A DNA stretch of 64,000 nt from Bacteroidota bacterium. GTDB taxonomy: Bacteria > Bacteroidota > Bacteroidia > Flavobacteriales > Weeksellaceae. The stretch lies in the NCBI GenBank assembly GCA_023461035.1, contig JAEWOD010000037.1:1057-65056 (forward strand). Direction: 5' to 3'. Of this stretch, positions 18,328-28,275 are shown in pieces. Every line of letters starts with the position of its first letter. Positions within the stretch are counted from its first letter, which is position 1. The position numbers and the translations under genes were made by a program. The notes beneath the pieces are model-generated. The model made no database searches. It was given only the letters and a program-made list of their open reading frames with translations, and was not told the origin of the DNA.

Positions 18328-19662
18328 TTGAAAATGAGTCCCAGCCGAAAATACCACATTGACAGAGTCATCCAACCTATTCAAAGTTTTATTGCACAAG
18401 AGAAATCAGGCGGTTTGGTTTTGGGTTTAACTGTTATCCTTGCTATGTTTTTGGCCAATTCCCCTTTGTCGCAGGGCTATCATCATTTCTTTGAACATCA
18501 GTTGGGGTTTACATTTGACGGCAATCATTTTTTGGGATACAGCCTTCATCATTGGATCAATGATGGATTGATGGCTATTTTCTTTTTCGTCGTCGGGCTG
18601 GAGCTGAAACGCGAATTTGTGGCTGGCGAACTTTCCAGTCCCCGCAAGGCAATGCTCCCGATTATAGCAGCCATTGGCGGAATGCTGGTTCCTGCCCTGA
18701 TTTATTTTTCATTGAATTCCAACGGAGAAATGAGCAAAGGCTGGGGAATCCCGATGGCGACCGACATCGCTTTTGCGCTGGGTGTTTTGTATTTATTGGG
18801 CAGCCGGATTCCACTTTCGCTGAAAGTTTTCCTGACCGCTCTGGCAATTGTAGATGATTTGGGAGCAGTTTTGGTGATTGCCTTTTTCTATACTTCGGAT
18901 ATTTCCGTCACGAGTCTGCTGACAGGGTTTTCCTTTTTGGCTGTGATGTATGCCGGTAACAAATTGGGCGTGAGAAATATTTTATTTTATGCGGTCTTCG
19001 GCATCATCGGCGTATGGACTTCGTTCTTGCTTTCAGGTGTTCATGCAACGATAGCAGCGGTTTTGGCCGCATTTATGATTCCGGCCGATGTTAAAATCCG
19101 GGAGAATTATCTCGTGCAAAAAATCGAAAAATCAATTGAAAAATTCAGAAAAATTGATCCCAATGATAAAATTCCGACTTTGACCAATCAGCAACTTCAT
19201 CTTTTGGAAGAAATCAAAACCGACCTCAACGGCGCTACTCCGCCGCTTCAAAAACTGGAGCATGCCATGCATCCGTTTGTAACCTTTTTGATTCTGCCGA
19301 TTTTTGCTCTGGCAAATGCGGGTGTGACCGTGATCGATATAAATTTTGATCAATTATTTAACACAAACATCGCGCTGGGTATAGCTTTGGGATTATTGGC
19401 AGGAAAAGTAATCGGCGTAGTCGGATTTACCTGGTTGAGTGTAAAATTAAAGGTAGCTCCTTTTCCAACAGGAATGAATCTGCAAAATCTTTTTGGATTA
19501 GGACTTTTGGCGGCCATCGGATTTACTATGTCGCTGTTCATCACTTCACTTGCTTTTACGCACGAAGAATATGTAACCCAGGCCAAAATCGGGATTTTTA
19601 CGGCTTCTATCATCGGAGGTATTTTGGGATATTGGGTTTTGAGTAAAAAAATCAAGAGCTAA
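18328..19662 (+). CDS. nhaA: Na+/H+ antiporter NhaA
   Basis: WINDGLMAIFFFVVGLELKRE, PMATDIAF, LAIVDDLGA and GFTMSLFI motifs. Confidence 0.95.
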   Translation: MKMSPSRKYHIDRVIQPIQSFIAQEKSGGLVLGLTVILAMFLANSPLSQGYHHFFEHQLGFTFDGNHFLGYSLHHWINDGLMAIFFFVVGLELKREFVAGELSSPRKAMLPIIAAIGGMLVPALIYFSLNSNGEMSKGWGIPMATDIAFALGVLYLLGSRIPLSLKVFLTALAIVDDLGAVLVIAFFYTSDISVTSLLTGFSFLAVMYAGNKLGVRNILFYAVFGIIGVWTSFLLSGVHATIAAVLAAFMIPADVKIRENYLVQKIEKSIEKFRKIDPNDKIPTLTNQQLHLLEEIKTDLNGATPPLQKLEHAMHPFVTFLILPIFALANAGVTVIDINFDQLFNTNIALGIALGLLAGKVIGVVGFTWLSVKLKVAPFPTGMNLQNLFGLGLLAAIGFTMSLFITSLAFTHEEYVTQAKIGIFTASIIGGILGYWVLSKKIKS

Positions 19663-19702
19663 TTATTTTTTTTCATAACTTCATGGTTCTAAATCCATTA
19701 CC

Positions 19703-20389
19703 ATGAAAAACCTCTATTTCGTTTTTTTTCTTTTTATGTCAGGAATTTTGACTCAAGCGCAAAATCCTGATATTTACGACACTTGGTATCTCTATAAAAT
19801 CCAACCCAGTTGGCAACCCGATATTCTTATCGCTGACTATCAACCCAGCATTTCTCCTACTTTAACGATAAATGAAGATTTCACTTATGAAGGATTTATG
19901 GCTTGCAATAGCTTTTCCGGGAACTTCCATTTTGTAGATGATGATTTGTTTTTTGATGAATTTAATTCTACAGATAATAGTTGCGAAACTGAGGAATTAA
20001 ATGACTTTGAGACCTATTATGCCTATTTATTTTTAAGTGAGGAACATTTTCCAATGTGGTTTTATCAAAACAACCAAACCGGAGAGCTGGAACTAAATTT
20101 CGGCAGTAATTCTACCGATCAAATAACTTATTACTTTTCTAAATCTCCAATTCTTGGTTTAGATGATATAGAAATAAATTCATTCAAATTTTACCCAAAT
20201 CCGGCTTTGGATATCATTAGAATTGAAAACGCAAAACCAAATTCTACTTATCAAATTTATTCGGTAAACGGAGAAATAGTTCTAACCGGACAATTAAATT
20301 TACAGAGAGTCATTGATTTAAAAATTCTTCCTTCAGGAAACTATTTTCTACAAATGGGTAAGCAAACCGCTAAGTTTATCAAAAAATAA
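19703..20389 (+). CDS. META/HslJ-like domain protein with T9SS type A sorting domain
   Basis: Signal peptide; GFMACNSFSG...STDNSC META-like Cys pair; C-terminal FYPNP...IYSVNG...LPSGNYFL...KFIKK. Confidence 0.8.
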   Translation: MKNLYFVFFLFMSGILTQAQNPDIYDTWYLYKIQPSWQPDILIADYQPSISPTLTINEDFTYEGFMACNSFSGNFHFVDDDLFFDEFNSTDNSCETEELNDFETYYAYLFLSEEHFPMWFYQNNQTGELELNFGSNSTDQITYYFSKSPILGLDDIEINSFKFYPNPALDIIRIENAKPNSTYQIYSVNGEIVLTGQLNLQRVIDLKILPSGNYFLQMGKQTAKFIKK

Positions 20390-20399
20390 AATTCCTGAA

Positions 20400-21377
20400 T
20401 TATTTCTCCCTTTCCATCACGTAGTTGACCATGGTGCGTAACGATTCTTTGTATTCGCTGTCAGGAAATTCGTCCAAAATTTGGAGTGCATCTGCCGTAT
20501 AATTTTCCATGGTTTTTTGGGTATATTCAATTCCGCCGTTGTCTTTTACAAACTGAATTACCTGCTGCACCCGTTTTTTATTTTGATTATGACGTTTCAC
20601 CGAATTGATGAGCCAATCTTTTTCTTTTTTCGAAACTTTATTTAAAACATGAATCAGCGGCAACGTCATTTTCTGTTCTTTGATGTCGATTCCGACCGGT
20701 TTTCCTATGATATCCGAACTGGTATAATCAAACAAATCATCCTTTATCTGGAAAGCAATTCCCACCAGATTCCCAAATCTGTGCATTTTTTTACAAACCT
20801 CTTCTTCCGCTCCTACCGACCTTGCTCCTGCTTCACAACAAGCCGCAATCAAAGTCGCTGTTTTCTGGCGGATGATTTCAAAATAAACTTCTTCGGTGAT
20901 GTCTAATTTTCGTGCTTTTTCGATTTGAAGCAATTCGCCTTCCGACATTTCTTTGATGGCTACCGAAACGACTTTCAACAAATCAAAATCTTCATTTTCC
21001 GTAGAGAGAATCAAGGTTTTGGACAATAAATAATCACCTACCAAAACAGCAATTTTGTTTTTCCAAAGAGCGTTTAGCGAGAAAAATCCGCGACGCATAT
21101 CGCTGTCATCTACCACGTCATCATGCACCAAAGTAGCGGTATGAATCAATTCAATCAAAGCGGCAGCCCTGTAACTTCTTTCCTGAAATTGACCTGTTAA
21201 TTTAGCAGTTAGAAATACAAACATCGGCCGCATCTGTTTTCCTTTTCTGCGGACTATATAATGGGTAATCCTGTCCAGAAGCGGGACGTTACTTTTCATA
21301 GACTGATAAAATTTCGTCTCGAAAAGTTTCATCTCTTCGGCAATCGGTGCTTTTATTTTTTCGACGGCTTTTTTCAC
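20400..21377 (-). CDS. Polyprenyl diphosphate synthase (IspB-like)
   Basis: GKQMRP, LVHDDVVD, RRG and FQIKDDLFD aspartate-rich motifs. Confidence 0.92.
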   Translation of the reverse strand: MKKAVEKIKAPIAEEMKLFETKFYQSMKSNVPLLDRITHYIVRRKGKQMRPMFVFLTAKLTGQFQERSYRAAALIELIHTATLVHDDVVDDSDMRRGFFSLNALWKNKIAVLVGDYLLSKTLILSTENEDFDLLKVVSVAIKEMSEGELLQIEKARKLDITEEVYFEIIRQKTATLIAACCEAGARSVGAEEEVCKKMHRFGNLVGIAFQIKDDLFDYTSSDIIGKPVGIDIKEQKMTLPLIHVLNKVSKKEKDWLINSVKRHNQNKKRVQQVIQFVKDNGGIEYTQKTMENYTADALQILDEFPDSEYKESLRTMVNYVMEREK

Positions 21378-21378
21378 T

Positions 21379-22311
21379 TTATTCGGCTAAGGAATGAATG
21401 CATTGGACACTTTGCTCCACATGAAAAGTTTTGAATTTAAAATCTTCATTGCTAAAGCAAATTACGCTGGGTTTGTCTGGTTTTATGGAAATTCCTTCTG
21501 TTTGTCCCACTTGTGCCGTGAATCCGAGCGGCAAATTAAATGTATTCAATTTATTGCCAAACAGCAAGTCTTTTTCATTTTTTTGCAATGAAAATCCGGA
21601 GATAAATGACACACCGTCAGGTGTATAGCCGATTAAATAAAATCCGTGCGTATTGGAAATCGGATTGGTATCAATAGTCGCTCCCGTCACCAAATAATTG
21701 GTTTGAAATGTTTCGATTTTTTTGGCCAATTGTTTTCCGGGTTTGATTTCGAGCGTATAATGTGTGGTGGACAAATTGGTCCATTCTTTTGTAAACAAAT
21801 GCAATTTTCCGTTGTAATAAAACATGGCTTCACAATCAAAATTGGTTTTTCTGTTTCCGGGGTTGAAATTCTTTTGTTCGGGAAAAGAAAAGTCAATTTT
21901 TTGAACTTCAACCGAAATTTCTTCTTTTGTCGAATTCAATTCTGAAATGGGAAAATACAACACCGCCAAATCCGTTCGGTTTCCGTTGTTATTGCCAAAT
22001 TCGCCGATGAATATGAAGTCTTCACTCACGGCCAATTCTTCCCAATCCCTATTTTCCGCATTTGAAATTTTTACGGTCTGGACGATTTTCCCGGTCTCAG
22101 GACTGATTTTATAAATCTCAGGTTTTCCGCCGCTGTCATTCTGCCCCCAATAAAATCCGTCAATGATTTCCAAAGAAGAAATCTCATCCAATTTTTCGGA
22201 AATTTTCAAGGTTTTAATTTGATAGTTTTCGATATCCAGCGTATCGATTTTCATTTGTGCTGAAAGATTCAGGAGGCTCAATATAAAAGCAGAAGCTAAA
22301 TACTTTATCAT
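21379..22311 (-). CDS. Secreted conserved hypothetical protein (beta-propeller-like)
   Basis: Signal peptide; NDSG, DWEE, GEFGNN and DCEA motifs; TACCTTTG -7 element at 22338-22345. Confidence 0.65.
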   Translation of the reverse strand: MIKYLASAFILSLLNLSAQMKIDTLDIENYQIKTLKISEKLDEISSLEIIDGFYWGQNDSGGKPEIYKISPETGKIVQTVKISNAENRDWEELAVSEDFIFIGEFGNNNGNRTDLAVLYFPISELNSTKEEISVEVQKIDFSFPEQKNFNPGNRKTNFDCEAMFYYNGKLHLFTKEWTNLSTTHYTLEIKPGKQLAKKIETFQTNYLVTGATIDTNPISNTHGFYLIGYTPDGVSFISGFSLQKNEKDLLFGNKLNTFNLPLGFTAQVGQTEGISIKPDKPSVICFSNEDFKFKTFHVEQSVQCIHSLAE

Positions 22312-22389
22312 TTATGATGAATTCTCTTTTTGCTTCCCAAAGGTATTATTTTAAGTAGAATTGTCAAAGTATTATGGATAAAGTCTGTG

Positions 22390-22618
22390 TAGGATTTACG
22401 AGGTACGATTTACGAGGTACGATTTACGAAGTTCGAAGTTCGAGGTATGCAAACATAAGACTTTGAAAAACTTGTTCCGTAGGAACAATTCGTGGGTAAA
22501 AAAAAAAATAAATGTTCCGGATTTCGTTCCGTAGGAACGTCTCGTAGGTAGCAGAAAAAATGGGAATTTGCGACATTCGTTCCGTAGGAACGTCTCGTGG
22601 GTTGGAACGTCTCGTGGA
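22390..22618 (+). repeat. Composite repeat family A: TACGAGG-type heptamer array plus three GTTCC-GTA-GGAAC palindromes
   Basis: Heptamers 22390-22445; palindromes at 22472, 22525 and 22578; an inverted copy lies at 36030-36222. Confidence 0.85.
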
Positions 22619-22635
22619 TGAGAAATTTGAGCTGT

Positions 22636-23814
22636 TTACAATATTCTTTTACAAAACAAAATATGTTTTCCCGAAATGCTCTGCGTGAAAATTAAAGATT
22701 GGGTTTCCGATTCTTTGAGTTTGTATTTCTTCCGAATTAATTCTACCGTCATCGGATAGTTTTTTGAAATCACATGAAAACTTCCTTTTTCGATTTCTTT
22801 TTTGGGGTTTTTAATTTCTTCCAAAACCTTAAAAACCTTTCCCGGAAAGGAATCTACCACATCATTTGCTGTATATAAATGGGTATTTTGATGCAATTTT
22901 TTTAATCCGAATCTTCCGCCTGTCAACTTAAAAGCACCCGATTTTAAAACTGCGGCATTTGGTTCATAGATGAACTTTTTGGGTTCAGAAAACTCCGAAT
23001 TGGCCAATGCTTCCTCCTTCCGGTCGAATTCAAAAACCGGTTGTCCGGATTCCAGATTTACGGCTTTTATCAAAGGATTGTCGCAAATTTTATTTCGGCA
23101 AATCAACAATAATTCCTTTACTTCATTTTTAACCGCAACGATTTGAATTTCATGAATTGGATTGATTTTATCCAAAGCGGATTTCAAATCGAGCAAAGGC
23201 GAAAGTTTGATCATAACCGTTTCTGCTCTTTTCAGAAATTCATCCATCCAATCGAGAATATTCGGTTCCAAATCTTTCAATAAGAATTTTTTCTGCGCAT
23301 CTTTTCTCCGCGCCGGATCGAGATAAATCACATCCCATTTCAAATCCGGATTTCCCTCGAAATAATTTTCAAATTCAGAATTAATGTAATTTAAATTGTT
23401 CTGATTCAATGTCTTAAAATTGTATTTTGAGATTTCAACCAATTCAGAATTTCTTTCCAAAGCCGTCACTTCTTCAAAATTTTGTGCAAATCCAAATGCA
23501 TCAATTCCCATTCCGGCAGTCAAATCGATGATGGATTTTCCTTTGACAATATCCGATTTATATTTCGAAGTTGTCCAAGAAGAAGCTTGTTCCAAATTTA
23601 GGGATGGCGGAAAATAAATTCCTTCCTGATTGTACAAAAAAGGAAATTTAGATTTGGCAATTTGTAAACCTTTGATTTGCTGCGCTAATTCGACAGAAGA
23701 AACTTCCGGAAAAAGTGATTTTTGGAGGGAAATTTTTCGGATGTCAGATGATTCGTTTTGTCTAACGTAGATTTGGACAACTTCCTTTAAAATTTCCGAA
23801 TTTAATTGATTCAT
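22636..23814 (-). CDS. Class I SAM-dependent methyltransferase with THUMP-like C-terminus
   Basis: LEQASS, DLTAGMGID, IYLDPARR, IKLSPLLD and YEPNAAVLKSG motifs. Confidence 0.85.
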   Translation of the reverse strand: MNQLNSEILKEVVQIYVRQNESSDIRKISLQKSLFPEVSSVELAQQIKGLQIAKSKFPFLYNQEGIYFPPSLNLEQASSWTTSKYKSDIVKGKSIIDLTAGMGIDAFGFAQNFEEVTALERNSELVEISKYNFKTLNQNNLNYINSEFENYFEGNPDLKWDVIYLDPARRKDAQKKFLLKDLEPNILDWMDEFLKRAETVMIKLSPLLDLKSALDKINPIHEIQIVAVKNEVKELLLICRNKICDNPLIKAVNLESGQPVFEFDRKEEALANSEFSEPKKFIYEPNAAVLKSGAFKLTGGRFGLKKLHQNTHLYTANDVVDSFPGKVFKVLEEIKNPKKEIEKGSFHVISKNYPMTVELIRKKYKLKESETQSLIFTQSISGKHILFCKRIL

Positions 23815-23828
23815 CTGGAAAATTTAAC

Positions 23829-24926
23829 TTACAAATTCTTCGTGATGCTTTGTACCAATTTATATTCGGAGAAAAATTCTTTCAGCACCACCCTCAGCAC
23901 CGTATAAGCCGGGACGGCAACGGCAACGCCGATGACTCCAAATAAAATTCCGCCGATCAAGATGACCAAAAATATTTCGAGCGGGTTGGATTTTACGCTT
24001 CGCGAATAAATCAACGGCTGGTTGATGAAATTGTCCCAAACATGCGTAAGCGTATACCAGAACATGATCCATAAAACAGTCGGTACAATTTCGGCACGGA
24101 AATCCAGTCCCAATCCATGTAAATCACTCATAGACAAACTCGCCATGATCACGCCACCCAACAGTGGTCCTATATACGGAAGCGGATTTAGCAATGCGCA
24201 TAAAAGTGCAATCACCGCTGCATAATTAATCCCAAAGGAAAGTAATATGATGAAATAAAACGTGAACATAATCAGTACCTGAAGCGTCAGTCCGATGAAA
24301 TAACGGGAAAGTAAATCTTTGGTTTTGTCCAAAACCGATTCGAAACGGCTTTCTTCGCCTTTCGGTGCAACAGCCACAATCATCTTATTGATTAAATCCC
24401 TGTCTTTCAAAAAGAAAAACGTAATGAACATCACGGAAAAAGCGTCGATCATCAGCACGCCGAGTGTCGTGATGGAATCGCCAAACATCCCGGAAAAACT
24501 TTTCATGTTGACATTTTTCACGGCATCATTAAAAAAGGTTTCGAGGTAGGGAATATTCAAAAAGCCTAAGGAATCTGACAATAATTTCACCTGGTTGGAT
24601 ACCGCATCTTCAAAACGATCCAAATGGGCAAAATTCCCAAACAACCGATAAGGTTCATTTAGCACCAATGATATAAACAAACTGACAAAAGCAAAAATCA
24701 AAAAGTTAAATAAAGAAATGGTCAAAATGGAACCTACGGCATTAGGAATACGCAATTTATTGTGCATCAGATTCATAAGCGGACGGCCAATCATCGCCAG
24801 CACAAACGCAATCGCCAGATAGGCAAAAACCGAACGGATCAACCACAGAAAATACAGGGCAAGGCAAATCAAAGCAGCTATTCCGAGTGCCCTTAAAATT
24901 CCGTAGGAAAGCTGTTTGGGTGTCAT
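23829..24926 (-). CDS. AI-2E family transporter
   Basis: Polytopic; LPYIGP, DN..QPLIYSRSVKSNPL and GGILFG motifs. Confidence 0.88.
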   Translation of the reverse strand: MTPKQLSYGILRALGIAALICLALYFLWLIRSVFAYLAIAFVLAMIGRPLMNLMHNKLRIPNAVGSILTISLFNFLIFAFVSLFISLVLNEPYRLFGNFAHLDRFEDAVSNQVKLLSDSLGFLNIPYLETFFNDAVKNVNMKSFSGMFGDSITTLGVLMIDAFSVMFITFFFLKDRDLINKMIVAVAPKGEESRFESVLDKTKDLLSRYFIGLTLQVLIMFTFYFIILLSFGINYAAVIALLCALLNPLPYIGPLLGGVIMASLSMSDLHGLGLDFRAEIVPTVLWIMFWYTLTHVWDNFINQPLIYSRSVKSNPLEIFLVILIGGILFGVIGVAVAVPAYTVLRVVLKEFFSEYKLVQSITKNL

Positions 24927-26197
24927 GTGGTTTCTAATTTTTCGGCTAAACGTTTGGGGAAAATCGGTTGGATTTGGGTACGGATTTCATTTGATTTTCT
25001 TTGCTGAATTTCCACTGTATCGGCCGGATTCCGGAATTTATTAACTCCTATCAAAATCAGTTTTCCTTCATCAAAAGCGGTTTGTTCTTTTTCGGCACTT
25101 TTCCTGATCATTTTCTGGATGGTTCCTTCGTGCAATGCTTTTAAAAATCCACCTTCTCCTTCTATTTTTTTGAATAATTCCAAGGCGTTTTTGGTCATCA
25201 GCGAAGTCAGGTTTTCCACAAAATAGGTGCCTGAAACGGGATCCATAAATTTATCAAAATAAGATTCTTTTTGTAATAATAATTGTTGTTTAGAAGCAAG
25301 TTCTTCACTGAAAGGTGTTCCGCCGTTCATTTCGTCATAAGGCAATACGTTCACCACATCTGCTTTTCCCTGAACGGCAGCTGCGGTTTCAAGCCCGCTC
25401 CGGATGATGTTGTTATGTACATCCAAAAGGGATTTGTTTCGAAGTGAAGTTTCGGCGTAAATAAAGGTTTCGGCTTGCAAATTATATTCTTTCAAAATCA
25501 AATTCCACAAATTTCTCAATGCACGCAGTTTGGCTATTTCGAAGAAATAATTTCCACCTACGGCAACTTTGAAATAGAGTTGGGAAGCGGCTTCTTTCCC
25601 AAATTTCTCCAGGTATTCCACACCGTGTAAAAGGGCGATGGCTATCTGCTGCACATGGTTGGCTCCGGCATTTTGGTAAAGGGAAGCATTTATTTCGACG
25701 GATTTTTCAAATTCGCCTTTGGCTAAAACTTTTTCCATCCACTGAAAATCATCTTCTTCTGATTTGTACCAATTTCCCGTCTGAACAAAGTGGCCCAAAA
25801 CATCAAACCCCAAATATTTCAGATTTTTAAATGACCGGAAATTTACAGTAGAAAAAAGAGATTCCGGATCATTGCATTCAAAAAACAAATCGAGATATTC
25901 CGGAAGAGAATTGAGTTTACCGGCTTTTTCATCGGAAACCTTGAACCCGTACAAATAGGAAAAATCCTGACCGGAAATGTCCAGAAAATCCCCGATGACT
26001 TTCCAGTCTTTGGTGGTTTCGACCGGATGTGTTTCTTCCAAAATATCTTCTGCCGTATAAACCGGTTTTACCTGAATTCCCTCTGCCGTATCCCAAACCA
26101 GAATTTCGTTATAGTCCAAACCTGCTAATTCGGCCTGAACTTTTAGTTTCCATTCTTGTGGTGTCAATTGTTTAAAATCCTCCATTTTTTGCATCAT
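24923..26197 (-). CDS. Methylmalonyl-CoA mutase small subunit-like protein
   Basis: WKxKVQAELxG, YQNAGA, YFFEIAKLRALR, DPVSGTYFVE and LIGVNKF motifs; no B12-binding DxH motif. Confidence 0.85.
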   Translation of the reverse strand: MMQKMEDFKQLTPQEWKLKVQAELAGLDYNEILVWDTAEGIQVKPVYTAEDILEETHPVETTKDWKVIGDFLDISGQDFSYLYGFKVSDEKAGKLNSLPEYLDLFFECNDPESLFSTVNFRSFKNLKYLGFDVLGHFVQTGNWYKSEEDDFQWMEKVLAKGEFEKSVEINASLYQNAGANHVQQIAIALLHGVEYLEKFGKEAASQLYFKVAVGGNYFFEIAKLRALRNLWNLILKEYNLQAETFIYAETSLRNKSLLDVHNNIIRSGLETAAAVQGKADVVNVLPYDEMNGGTPFSEELASKQQLLLQKESYFDKFMDPVSGTYFVENLTSLMTKNALELFKKIEGEGGFLKALHEGTIQKMIRKSAEKEQTAFDEGKLILIGVNKFRNPADTVEIQQRKSNEIRTQIQPIFPKRLAEKLETT

Positions 26198-26541
26198 GGT
26201 TGTTCAGGCTTTTTTACTTTTTGTTCTTCTATGATAAATACGTCTTCGTTTTCCTTTTTCAAATAGTGTTTTTCTCTGGCAACCCGTTCTATTTCAGACG
26301 CATTCATTTTCATTTGATGAATCTGAATCGTTTCTTTTTCAAGTTTCTCCTCATAGTATTTTTTATCTTTTACCAATTCTTTTATTTCATGATCCAATTC
26401 TTTATGAATAAAATACGAATTTTGGTCAAAAAAGAACATCCAAACTACAAATAAAACGGTAACAATCAAGTATTTGTTCAGAAAAAACCGATACCATCTT
26501 CCTGATTTTGAGGACTCTATTTTATCTTTTTCCGGATTCAT
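26194..26541 (-). CDS. FtsB/DivIC-like septum formation initiator
   Basis: N-terminal TM (WMFFFDQNS), coiled coil, ERVAREKHYLKKENEDVFI. Confidence 0.85.
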   Translation of the reverse strand: MNPEKDKIESSKSGRWYRFFLNKYLIVTVLFVVWMFFFDQNSYFIHKELDHEIKELVKDKKYYEEKLEKETIQIHQMKMNASEIERVAREKHYLKKENEDVFIIEEQKVKKPEQP

Positions 26542-27164
26542 GATTCTGTGGTTGAAGTTAATTTGTCTTTGATCAAAGTCGAAAGAAGCCGTATGGCAGC
26601 TTCGTTTTTCTTTTTCATATTGGGAACGATAATATCCGCATGATTTTTTGACGGTTCTATGAACTGTTCGTGCATGGGTTTCAAAGTCGTCCGATAACGA
26701 TTCAAAACTTCTTCCAAATCACGTCCCCGTTCGGTGATGTCACGTTGAATTCTGCGGATGAGCCGTTCATCTGAATCGGCATGGACATAAATTTTCACAT
26801 CAAATAGCTCACGGAGCGCAGGATCTGTCAGCACCAGGATTCCTTCCACGATGATGACATTTTTGGGATGGGTGATGAGGGTTTCGTCGGTACGGCTATG
26901 GGTGATGAACGAATAAACCGGTTGTTCCACTACTTCACCGTTTTTAAGACTGTTGATATGATCGGTCAGAAGCTCAAAATCAATGGAACGCGGATGGTCA
27001 AAATTGATTTTCTGACGTTCTTCCAATGAAAGTTCTTTGTGGTCCTTATAATAATTATCTTGTGAAACAACCAATACGCTTTCTGTATTAAGGTGTTTCA
27101 AAATATTGCGGACTACGGTGGTCTTTCCTGATCCGGTTCCTCCGGCTATTCCAATTATCAACAT
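26538..27164 (-). CDS. udk: Uridine kinase (start revised to MLIIGIAGG)
   Basis: GIAGGTGSGKTT, QDNYY, NFDHP, IVEGIL and RRIQRD motifs. Confidence 0.93.
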   Translation of the reverse strand: MLIIGIAGGTGSGKTTVVRNILKHLNTESVLVVSQDNYYKDHKELSLEERQKINFDHPRSIDFELLTDHINSLKNGEVVEQPVYSFITHSRTDETLITHPKNVIIVEGILVLTDPALRELFDVKIYVHADSDERLIRRIQRDITERGRDLEEVLNRYRTTLKPMHEQFIEPSKNHADIIVPNMKKKNEAAIRLLSTLIKDKLTSTTES

Positions 27165-27165
27165 A

Positions 27166-27822
27166 TTATTCTTCGTTTGGAAAAGGTTCTTTATCCTTAT
27201 AAAATTTGGGCATAGACTCCAAAATGTAAACATCTATCAGGGCTTTTACCCTAGCAAAATATTCTCTCGTTACCGTCACGGTACCATATCGTTTGGGTAC
27301 ATTTTTGGCGTTAAATCCCAGGCTGTAAATGTCGTGATTTTTACCGATAAATATGGCTCGTTCGTTATGAAATTCTTGGGAAATAATGGTCAGGGAATCT
27401 TGTCCAAATACTTCTTTGGCGCGTAAAACGGAATCCAAAGTGCTAAAACCTGCAAAATCCTCCACGATTTTATCTTCCGGGATTCCCATTTGGATCAGGG
27501 AATTTTTCATATCCCTTGTTTCGTTGTATTCCATGATGGAATTGTCGCCACTGACAATGATAAATTTAATTTTCCCTGATTTGAATAAATCCACAGCCGC
27601 CTGCATACGGTATTTGAAATAGAGATTTTCACCTCCTCCTCGTACTCTTTTACTTGTCCCCAATACCAATCCCGTAGCATTTTCAGGAATTTGGTTGATG
27701 TCATCATAGGTCATTCCTTCAGACTCGTGCCCCACCCAATAGTTGGCAAACAACAAAAGAGAAGTGAAGATAATCACCCCTCCCAATAATAATTTCCAAA
27801 ACCTTCTAAGTATCGTTTTCAT
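27166..27822 (-). CDS. SanA/ElyC (DUF218) family protein
   Basis: N-terminal TM; LVLGTS, VSGDN, DFAGFSTLDS, SQEFHNERA and REYFAR motifs. Confidence 0.88.
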   Translation of the reverse strand: MKTILRRFWKLLLGGVIIFTSLLLFANYWVGHESEGMTYDDINQIPENATGLVLGTSKRVRGGGENLYFKYRMQAAVDLFKSGKIKFIIVSGDNSIMEYNETRDMKNSLIQMGIPEDKIVEDFAGFSTLDSVLRAKEVFGQDSLTIISQEFHNERAIFIGKNHDIYSLGFNAKNVPKRYGTVTVTREYFARVKALIDVYILESMPKFYKDKEPFPNEE

Positions 27823-28018
27823 TTTTATTGCGTTTGGCTAAGTTCGTTTTTCGAAGTTCGTACTCACTAAATTTAATGTATTACATTTTTCAACCTGTCT
27901 AAAAACCTCCTTTGATGGGTGGGTTTTCTCATTGTAAAATTGGTCATTCCGGGCACAAATGAAAAGCAAGCACGCTTGTTTTGAAATTTGCGAACGTAGT
28001 TCAGAAACGAATGCGGCC

Positions 28019-28200
28019 GTCATTGCGAGCGTAATAAAATGAAGCGCGGCAATCCAATTCATACGTTTCGAGATTGCTTCGTCATTCCGTTACACTCCAT
28101 TTCTCGCAATGACAAACGTTATGACTCTCCAACTCAAAACTCACAAACTCACAAACTCAAAACTCACAAACTCACAAACTCAAAACTCCTCAACTCCATC
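28019..28200 (+). repeat. Composite repeat family B: gtcattgcgag...ctcgcaatgac hairpin plus ACTC(A)CAA 7/8-mer array
   Basis: Terminal inverted repeat 28019-28029/28103-28113 with inner gcaatc/gattgc arms; second copy at 32760-32937. Confidence 0.85.
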
Positions 28201-28275
28201 CTCTCTCCAAAATTAAAAAACAAACTAACATAAAAAAATGTATCTTTATTCTAAACTTTAAACAAATTATCCGCA

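Noticed and set aside
27838..28233. ORF-track entries 27838-28062, 28039-28233, 32779-33000 and 36017-36250
   Set aside because: They are translations of non-coding repeat elements (for example THKLKTHKL periodicity)
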